A DNA stretch of 64,000 bases, taken from the IMG/VR virus record IMGVR_UViG_3300028394_000040; one strand, given 5' to 3'. The translations under genes and the position numbers were made by a program. The notes under the pieces are model-generated. The model did not search any database. It was not told the origin of the DNA and saw only the letters and a program-made list of their open reading frames with translations. Positions 57,330-64,000 of this stretch are shown here, piece after piece. This stretch comes from a virus. Positions within the stretch are counted from its first letter, which is position 1; each line of letters starts with the position of its first letter.

Positions 57330-58091
57330 TTATCTTGTTCTACGAACTTCAGGTATAATTCCTAAAAGTACTTTAGGGTAAATTTTATATGCTCTATAGA
57401 ACATCAATCTAGTATTGCCTCCAACTAGGATAAAACGGTCTCCATATTTTAAAATTAAAGGAGGAGGTAGTTTTTCACCTGTTTTGATAGCTTGTTCTAT
57501 AGGTTTCCAATCTTTGCCGTAGTCGTCGGCGAATTCTTCTGCTTGATTTCTACCTACTATTTCATAAGAATCAGTATTCTCTAATTGGGACCAAACTGCA
57601 TCGTTCAGTTGAACTATGTCTGCGTCTTCGAAAGCAGTTAAAAGCTCCATTTCACTGATACCTTCTTCTTTTGCTACTCTTGCTAGTTCACCTGCTTCGC
57701 CATCTACTGCTTTAGCGTCCTCTAATAAAAATTCGTCAAATATAGCAGGATTTTCCTGTCCATATTTTCTCATTATTACCCCTGCTACTGCATTTGCTTG
57801 ATTTTCTTCTTCTGAACCTGTCTTGCCTGACTTCTCTCCTATTCTTCCCTCTTCATCTTGCTTAGCATGAACTAGCTCATGAGCTAGTGAACGAAGAATA
57901 TCAGCTAAATTTCTGTTAACTACTGAAATATAGATCTTTTTCTCTGCAGGTTGGTACCCTCCAAAGCTCTTTTCAGTTGCTGCAAAGTTTCTACTGGTCT
58001 GAGGTACTATAGTTGGTTGGATTTGCAGCTTTAAAAAGTCACTAGACCAGTCTACAAATTTTTTTATTTCTTTAAATGCTTCTGGTTTCAT
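57330..58091 (-). CDS. Zincin (HExxH) metallopeptidase fused to a ParB/Srx-like domain
   Basis: LAHELVHAKQ..ENQANA; C-terminal PPPLIL..ILVGGNTRLM. Confidence 0.6.
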   Translation of the reverse strand: MKPEAFKEIKKFVDWSSDFLKLQIQPTIVPQTSRNFAATEKSFGGYQPAEKKIYISVVNRNLADILRSLAHELVHAKQDEEGRIGEKSGKTGSEEENQANAVAGVIMRKYGQENPAIFDEFLLEDAKAVDGEAGELARVAKEEGISEMELLTAFEDADIVQLNDAVWSQLENTDSYEIVGRNQAEEFADDYGKDWKPIEQAIKTGEKLPPPLILKYGDRFILVGGNTRLMFYRAYKIYPKVLLGIIPEVRRTR

Positions 58092-58092
58092 A

Positions 58093-59427
58093 CTACTGCC
58101 CTAATTGAGCTTTAAATTCTGGAAAATCTTGTTTGTAACCCTCTTTAGATTCATCATTAGCATCTTCTGTATACTGCCAACCCCAATATAACTTATCGTT
58201 TATAGAAAAACCGTAGAACTCATGTACTTTTTTCTGTAATTCTAACGTAGTCTCCATATTCCAATTATGACCTAACCAAATCATCCCTGATTCTATGTCG
58301 GCAACTACGTTATCTTCACCTAAAGTTGAGTGTCTATTTTCAATCCAATCTAACCTTTCTATTAATTTTTGATAAATTGAGTTAGGTTGACCCCATCTAT
58401 TAGAGCCTAGGAAAATAACTGTATCACTTTCGAATAATTCTTTACTAATTTTCCACAGTTCATCCTCCGGTGAGTTAAGGTTAGCCCAACATCTATGATA
58501 TCCGCTTGGGTTTTTCTCTTTATCTTCTAAAGAAGCTTTTTTTAATCCACAGGCATTACCTGTTTTCATAGAGACATTACCTTCACATACTACGATATTC
58601 ATTTTAGAAACATCAAAAATAACAGCATTTTCTCCTAAAGCTTCTTTAATAATATGAGCTAGTATTAAAGATTTAGGTACCTCGTTGTTGTTTTTTTCAA
58701 TGTAACTACCCCTATTAGATGTAGATAATAACAATACCTTCTTCTTAGTTTTAAGGTACTTAATAGTTTCGGTGAGTTGATCTAAGATAAACTTAGGTTG
58801 ATCTGAACTGTACGACACCTCTTCCTGTAAATTCGCTTTATTGTCCGGATTAATGTTAGCTAGTCTTTTGAAAATATCAGGAGTATATCCTTTATTGTTG
58901 ACTACATCGGGCATACATTTTTTAAATGCTTCATAGTTACCCTGTTCTAGAACATCCCGTACATAAGGAGCGGATACCTCTCCATCTTTCTCAGATATTG
59001 TAATGCCTTTTACTTTATCCCCGTAATTTTTTTGAAGAGCTTCTACGTAGTTTTCATCATCCGATTCATCATCACCTGCTACTACGTATATTGCTTTTGC
59101 CAAAGGAAAGTCCTGCAAGTAGCTAATAATATCTACTATCGGTGATGTATTTGTACTAAGTATTAACTCTATATTAGGGTTTGGTGATGCTTCTAGGAAC
59201 TTTTTCCAAACATAATAACTATCATCACCTGTTATACCCTCTATTTCCTTACTAGATATTACAATAACCAATTTTGTAATGTAACTTCTAGAAGGAGAAG
59301 CTAATTCCTTAGCTACTCTATAGTGTCCTTTATGGGGTGGTTTAAATTTACCGGGATAAAAGCAAATTCCCGGTTCATTTATTACGTCCTCAGCAATAAG
59401 ACTACCGAAATTTAAAATATTTTCCAT
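58093..59427 (-). CDS. HIGH-family nucleotidyltransferase fused to a flavodoxin-like FMN-reductase domain
   Basis: YPGKFKPPHKGH..VSAPYVR; then VLLLSTSNR..CEGNVS..SDTVIFLGSNRWG..QKLIERL. Confidence 0.7.
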   Translation of the reverse strand: MENILNFGSLIAEDVINEPGICFYPGKFKPPHKGHYRVAKELASPSRSYITKLVIVISSKEIEGITGDDSYYVWKKFLEASPNPNIELILSTNTSPIVDIISYLQDFPLAKAIYVVAGDDESDDENYVEALQKNYGDKVKGITISEKDGEVSAPYVRDVLEQGNYEAFKKCMPDVVNNKGYTPDIFKRLANINPDNKANLQEEVSYSSDQPKFILDQLTETIKYLKTKKKVLLLSTSNRGSYIEKNNNEVPKSLILAHIIKEALGENAVIFDVSKMNIVVCEGNVSMKTGNACGLKKASLEDKEKNPSGYHRCWANLNSPEDELWKISKELFESDTVIFLGSNRWGQPNSIYQKLIERLDWIENRHSTLGEDNVVADIESGMIWLGHNWNMETTLELQKKVHEFYGFSINDKLYWGWQYTEDANDESKEGYKQDFPEFKAQLGQ

Positions 59428-59442
59428 ATACTATAAATATCT

Positions 59443-60234
59443 CTAGGATAATTTAACAGTATTAGGTAATGTCAAAAGCTCGATCTCGTCATCTTTGTTA
59501 TCTAACCGGAAAATACTGTGTGTAAACTTAAACATATCAAGGTATTCTTCATGTGTTTTCTCACCTTGAACGATTTCCCATCCTTTTCCTTGCATTTTTA
59601 CCCCCTTTTTATCCGGTCCCCTCTTAGATGACTTAACCCAAAGTATGCCAACCTCTTCAATAACGTCTCCAGTCATCTCAAACCATGCTTGTTTGTAAGC
59701 GGCTAGCTGTAAAAAGTACGATGTATGAAGAGAATTAGACGTTTTTAAGTCAATTAACCATAGTTTTCCATCGATTTTAACGATTAAATCCGTGGTTCCT
59801 GCATACTTTATCTCATCAGAAAACAGTAAACTCTCACTAGCTATTAGTTCTGGTTTATATGTTTCCCAGAAATCAACTACTTTTATGATCATTTTCCATA
59901 CATCTGTCTTATAATTTACGTGGCCATTTCGTTCAATCCACCGTAATTCGATGCCTTTTAAGTAGTCTTCTAATGCATTATGAACCTGTGTGCCTTCATC
60001 GCCAGCTCGTCTCATAATAATATCAGCATTATGACCTACATCTTTTAACCAGCTTTCAAAGAATTTGTTCTTAGGAAAGTACCCTAAAATTGTAGTTACA
60101 GAAGGGTAGAATACCCCCGGAGTACGTTGGTAATACCTTGAATCATGTAGGGTAATTTGTTTAAATTCTTCGTCTACCTCTACAACCTTGTTAAGTTTAC
60201 CGTCTTTGTAAATGTTTGTATTAGATTCTATCAT
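59443..60234 (-). CDS. PD-(D/E)XK exonuclease
   Basis: YPSVTTIL..GTQVH..E..YAGTTDLI..IDLKTS..QLAAY. Confidence 0.85.
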   Translation of the reverse strand: MIESNTNIYKDGKLNKVVEVDEEFKQITLHDSRYYQRTPGVFYPSVTTILGYFPKNKFFESWLKDVGHNADIIMRRAGDEGTQVHNALEDYLKGIELRWIERNGHVNYKTDVWKMIIKVVDFWETYKPELIASESLLFSDEIKYAGTTDLIVKIDGKLWLIDLKTSNSLHTSYFLQLAAYKQAWFEMTGDVIEEVGILWVKSSKRGPDKKGVKMQGKGWEIVQGEKTHEEYLDMFKFTHSIFRLDNKDDEIELLTLPNTVKLS

Positions 60235-61162
60235 TATATGTTAATTTTTTCATGAGTAATTTTGAAATAGATAAGGGTTCTGCTTGATGTAGAAGGCGTG
60301 TAAATCCTTCAAACCCTAAATCAGAGGGGTCTTTTCCTTCTAATTCCACTAAATAAACCTCTTTTCCTAAGTTTAAAAGAGTTTCACTATGTTTTAATGC
60401 ATCTTTAATAGCGTCAGTATCTAAAGCTATATAAACAGTAGATACATCCGTCTGCACTAATTTCATCATTAATGCTTTTGATATAGTTTTACCAAATAAA
60501 GGTACAGCATTTCTTTTGACAGCAATAGCGTCAAAAGCTCCTTCACATAATATTACAGGAACTTTCCAGTTAATAAGGTATTCAAAGCCTACTAGTTCGT
60601 TTTTATTACATCTTGGAGCATCGTATTTTCTGAACGCATCTTCGGCAAATGATCTTGAGATAAAATAGTTTAGCTTTCCGTAGCTATCATAAGAGGGTAT
60701 TATAATTGAATTAGCATATCTTCCTCTTTCACAATAACCTATATTATACTTGTAGATTTCATCATCCGTAATACCTCTTTGACTTGCATAATGTTTTGCA
60801 TGCTTACCGATAATAGATGAAATATAACCTTGTAAAGTCTTAAACTCATCCGGTAGCTTAACATCGAGGACTACGTCGTTGCTTTGAGTCTCTCCCTTTG
60901 TCTTAAACTTTGAATATAACGACAGCTCTTTTAGCTTATCATTAGAGACATTCAGTTTTTTAAAGAGTGAATAAAGGGATTTTCCTTTAGTAGGAGGTGA
61001 ACAAGTCCAGCAGTTATAATCCTCACTGGCTAAATTTATCTCTAGCTTAGGTTTTCTATGATTACATATAGGACATGAAAATGCAAAGTTATCCCCAGAA
61101 GTTCTACGCCCTTTACCTAATACGGTTTCGGCAACTCCTAAAAGAAGATTTACATTATCCAT
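60221..61162 (-). CDS. DNA primase (zinc finger plus TOPRIM)
   Basis: CPIC..CWTC; ILCEGAFDAI; ALDTDA; KDP. Confidence 0.88.
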   Translation of the reverse strand: MDNVNLLLGVAETVLGKGRRTSGDNFAFSCPICNHRKPKLEINLASEDYNCWTCSPPTKGKSLYSLFKKLNVSNDKLKELSLYSKFKTKGETQSNDVVLDVKLPDEFKTLQGYISSIIGKHAKHYASQRGITDDEIYKYNIGYCERGRYANSIIIPSYDSYGKLNYFISRSFAEDAFRKYDAPRCNKNELVGFEYLINWKVPVILCEGAFDAIAVKRNAVPLFGKTISKALMMKLVQTDVSTVYIALDTDAIKDALKHSETLLNLGKEVYLVELEGKDPSDLGFEGFTRLLHQAEPLSISKLLMKKLTYNDRI

Positions 61163-61166
61163 AGTT

Positions 61167-61176
61167 TAAAGATACG
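61167..61176 (-). promoter_or_regulatory. Possible Bacteroidota sigma70 -7 element upstream of primase
   Basis: Minus strand CGTATCTTTA resembles TAnnTTTG; 4 nt before the ATG. Confidence 0.35.
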
Positions 61177-61186
61177 AAAAATATCT

Positions 61187-61624
61187 CTAATCTACAAAAT
61201 CTCGTCTATAAAATTTAGCTAAAATATTGTCGTTATAACTATCCGTTTCTAATACATTATAAATGCATTGGTAGTATAACTCGTAGTATGTATGTTGTTT
61301 TTTTGTAATACAAAGTTTAAGTATTTCTCTTTCAAAATTCTCTTCACCATACTCTTTAACATCAGCTAAGAGGTCTTTATTAGACCCCCAATAAGATTGC
61401 CAATTAGATTCTTTAGTGATTCTTGTATGAGTAGGCTTTCTTCCTTTACCAGAATGTTCAGCTAACTCTTTTTGAGTTATTTTCTTCTTTAGAGAGTTTT
61501 GGAATATCTTCTTTCCTATATAAAACTTACCATTAGCCTTATTTACTATTCTATAAATAAAACCATAAAAAACTGTAGGATCAATTTCGTTAAAACCTTC
61601 TGGATAACTCCATTTAGAAATCAT
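61187..61624 (-). CDS. Free-standing GIY-YIG endonuclease
   Basis: YGFIYRIVN..GKFYIGKK..YWGSN..FEREIL..YN.NI. Confidence 0.85.
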   Translation of the reverse strand: MISKWSYPEGFNEIDPTVFYGFIYRIVNKANGKFYIGKKIFQNSLKKKITQKELAEHSGKGRKPTHTRITKESNWQSYWGSNKDLLADVKEYGEENFEREILKLCITKKQHTYYELYYQCIYNVLETDSYNDNILAKFYRRDFVD

Positions 61625-61916
61625 ATTTTATTATAAATGTTACATCAGTATTAGCAGGCATTGGGAATGCCCTAGCTAACTTACCGACAATTAATAACTC
61701 GTTAGCTTCGTTATACAGGCCTACTGTTGTTACATAAGGTGCAAAATCCGAACCTGAAACATTGTTGGCAATAGATCCACTACTATCAGACATAGCAGTA
61801 GGGTTTAATGTCATATTAAACTCATTCTCATTAACTTGACATCTTATCTGTTGTTGATAAACAGTAAGTGTTGAATTAAATTTTACTTTGTACGGGGTAT
61901 ATAAATACGTCGGCAT
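61614..61916 (-). CDS. Small baseplate/collar-type structural protein
   Basis: PYVTTVGLYNEANELLIVGKL. Confidence 0.5.
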   Translation of the reverse strand: MPTYLYTPYKVKFNSTLTVYQQQIRCQVNENEFNMTLNPTAMSDSSGSIANNVSGSDFAPYVTTVGLYNEANELLIVGKLARAFPMPANTDVTFIIKYDF

Positions 61917-61941
61917 ACATATAAATAGTTAACATGCTTTT

Positions 61942-63618
61942 TTAATTTTCTCTACGTTCTTCTGCTGGGTAGAATTCAAACCTATCGTGGTTAATAGGAG
62001 ATAAAAGAAGTACTGCGGCTTTAATGTAGCCTTCTCTCTGTTTCTGAAATACGTAGCTCATCCATGTTTGTTCGAAAGGATGTTCCCATTTAGTTTCTAA
62101 AAATACTTTCCTATTTCCTTCTCTACTAAACCAAACAGGCCAATTACAGTAATGAACTTCACCTTCTGCGTACGCAAGATTACCTGCTGCATCTATCTTA
62201 GAAAAAGCAGTTTTAGGAGGATTAGGATCTAAGCCAGATTGAGGTAGATTTTTCTTTTCAGGAAATTCTTTCTCCCTTAGCCATTGAGGTATATTATACC
62301 ATGCCCATTGAACTGAGTTTTCACCAAAGAACTCGGAGAAGGATAGCTTTACGTAGTCGTAATTGTTAATATACATTACCGACAGAGATTTCGAATAAAG
62401 ACTAGGAGTATACCTAGCATGTCCCATTTTACAAGTTGCATCTGTATTAGGATGTAGGAACATATCATCCTCGAAAAATATATAATAATCAGCATCACTT
62501 TCATTAAAGTGTTCGGCTACCCACTGTCTTCCCCCACATATACCTATATTATCTTTTTTTACATGCTCAAAATCATACTTTTTACATAGAATATCATACT
62601 CTTCATCCGTTTCTCTCTTTGTCGAGTTATTTAATAATACCTTTCTAGTTCTTTCTAGAAAATTAGGTTCTACTAAGGTAAACGACTGTAGTAGTTTTGA
62701 AAACTGATTAGGTGAGTTATACGTAATTACATATAGAATCGTCTGCAAATCTATAAAGGGTTTTTTCTTAAGTTCTAACGTAGTCCTTACTTCTTTTAAA
62801 TATTCAAAAAATGGCCAAACAAGACCATTTCCTTCTATTTCGAATCGTTCAATTAAGTCTGGATATTGATGACAAAGGATAGTAAAGATACATTCATCTG
62901 CTCCCATATACCCTTCGTTTAAGGTAGAGCTTAATACATTATAGTATAGCCCGTTCATAGTATGAACCATCTCCTTACTCCCTCCAAAGAACCCTCCTCT
63001 AGCTACATACTCTACGAAGTCAGTACGGCAATATTCTGCCATCTTCTTTCTTTCAAAGCCATGAATTTCCTCGTTAGAAGTATACGGGTAAGTAATATGA
63101 ACATACTTACCTATACATTGACTATAATGATCTAAGTTATCGAATACGTTATCGTGCGTAAAATAACCTTTGCCCACAGTATTCGTTAATCCTCCGTCTA
63201 TCCAATAAAAATACTCTGATTTAAAAGGGTTACCTATAGCGCTATCATTTACCATAAACATCTTACACATCATCATAGGGTTATAAAACTCTAATGCTGC
63301 TTGTGGAGATTCCGGTAGCCATCCTGCAAAGTTAGCCCATTCAGGATTTGTTCTTACTTCTTGAACCTTATCGAAAAAAGGAAACCAGGTTTTGAAATCT
63401 TCTAACTCTTTAAAATAATAAGCTGTAGGTTTATCACCTCTAATAGCTTTTACCTGCTCTTCTAATTCTCTAGGTATCCAAATGCACATTTGTGCATCTG
63501 CTTCAAGCATTTCAAAAAATCTATCTTTATATGCTTGGAAATCTCTTTGAGCCCAACCCTGTAAATCCCCTCTTTTTAAATCCCAAAGGCCTGTTACGAT
63601 GGTTACTTTTCTATTCAT
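61942..63618 (-). CDS. Two-domain glycosyltransferase (HtrL/YibB-like plus GT2-like)
   Basis: TIVTGLWDL..NPFKSEYFYWIDGG..GGFFGG..DE; second domain NIGICGGR..YYIFFEDD. Confidence 0.72.
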   Translation of the reverse strand: MNRKVTIVTGLWDLKRGDLQGWAQRDFQAYKDRFFEMLEADAQMCIWIPRELEEQVKAIRGDKPTAYYFKELEDFKTWFPFFDKVQEVRTNPEWANFAGWLPESPQAALEFYNPMMMCKMFMVNDSAIGNPFKSEYFYWIDGGLTNTVGKGYFTHDNVFDNLDHYSQCIGKYVHITYPYTSNEEIHGFERKKMAEYCRTDFVEYVARGGFFGGSKEMVHTMNGLYYNVLSSTLNEGYMGADECIFTILCHQYPDLIERFEIEGNGLVWPFFEYLKEVRTTLELKKKPFIDLQTILYVITYNSPNQFSKLLQSFTLVEPNFLERTRKVLLNNSTKRETDEEYDILCKKYDFEHVKKDNIGICGGRQWVAEHFNESDADYYIFFEDDMFLHPNTDATCKMGHARYTPSLYSKSLSVMYINNYDYVKLSFSEFFGENSVQWAWYNIPQWLREKEFPEKKNLPQSGLDPNPPKTAFSKIDAAGNLAYAEGEVHYCNWPVWFSREGNRKVFLETKWEHPFEQTWMSYVFQKQREGYIKAAVLLLSPINHDRFEFYPAEERREN

Positions 63619-64000
63619 TACTTTTTAACTATTACGGATGTAATACTCCAATTTCCATTTAATCTAAAGATATCTAAAGAAGATATATTCTCCTCTAAGT
63701 AACGTGAATCTTCTTCAGAGATAAATTCTGACTTTATTTTACCGGTTTCAATGTATTCTTCTAACATTCCTAATGTAGTAGTCTGTTCTCTGTTACCCCA
63801 AATACAGTTAAAATTATTAGGATCACGTACACTTTCGCTTGTATGTAAATCTTCAAGAATATAAAGCCCTCCAGGTTTAACGCATTTAAAAAAAGCAGCT
63901 AAAGTAATTTGCTGGTCTTTCATCATATGAGAACCGTCATCCATAAAAATATCTAGATCTGAATAGTCTCTAGCTTTTTCTACTACTTCAATTTCAATAC
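63618..64000 (-). CDS. Class I SAM-dependent methyltransferase, 5' end beyond the window
   Basis: DLDIFMDDGSH..VKPGGLYILEDL; the frame is open upstream to the window edge. Confidence 0.75.
   Translation of the reverse strand, partial: IEIEVVEKARDYSDLDIFMDDGSHMMKDQQITLAAFFKCVKPGGLYILEDLHTSESVRDPNNFNCIWGNREQTTTLGMLEEYIETGKIKSEFISEEDSRYLEENISSLDIFRLNGNWSITSVIVKK

Noticed and set aside
722-57801. All plus-strand ORFs in the track (e.g. 4608..5108, 23495..23842, 43660..44040) and short nested minus-strand ORFs (21601, 40099, 43982, 52453)
   Set aside because: They are antisense or off-frame shadows of long, well-supported minus-strand genes and show no recognisable motifs.
59443-60234. Cas4 / CRISPR-associated nuclease
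   Set aside because: It lacks the Fe-S cysteine cluster and any cas context, so it is a generic phage PD-(D/E)XK exonuclease.
1-64000. Stop-codon reassignment, as in some large gut phages
   Set aside because: Core genes are full length in the standard code, and TAA, TAG and TGA all terminate genes at sensible positions.

Overview
This 64 kb window is the virion-morphogenesis region of a large, AT-rich T4-like (contractile-tailed) bacteriophage. The host is probably Bacteroidota, inferred from the absence of Shine-Dalgarno sequences, A-rich start contexts and a TAnnTTT-like promoter. Every credible gene is on the minus strand. In transcription order (right to left): SAM methyltransferase (truncated), glycosyltransferase, GIY-YIG nuclease, primase, PD-(D/E)XK nuclease, a block of small or multi-domain putative head-internal proteins, holin, GH19 endolysin, an aerolysin/ETX-MTX2-like protein, terminase, portal, prohead protease, scaffold, major capsid, neck and tail-terminator proteins, a ~23 kb tandem array of 10 paralogous tail-fibre/spike genes, sheath, tube, tail chaperone, tape measure and baseplate genes (truncated). 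The main hypotheses are: (1) an [ST]-[GAS]-S motif concentrated in surface-exposed virion domains, next to phage glycosyl/methyltransferases, suggesting a virion O-glycosylation system; (2) a combinatorially shuffled fibre array with codon-locked junction sequences; (3) head-internal 'polyproteins' punctuated by prohead-protease-type sites, one carrying RMF-like repeats; (4) a beta-pore-forming-toxin-like gene in the lysis cassette; (5) a +1/-2 frameshift in the tail chaperone; (6) a TATTTAT late-gene motif that is the reverse complement of the T4 late promoter. All family calls come from motif recognition by eye, not database searches.
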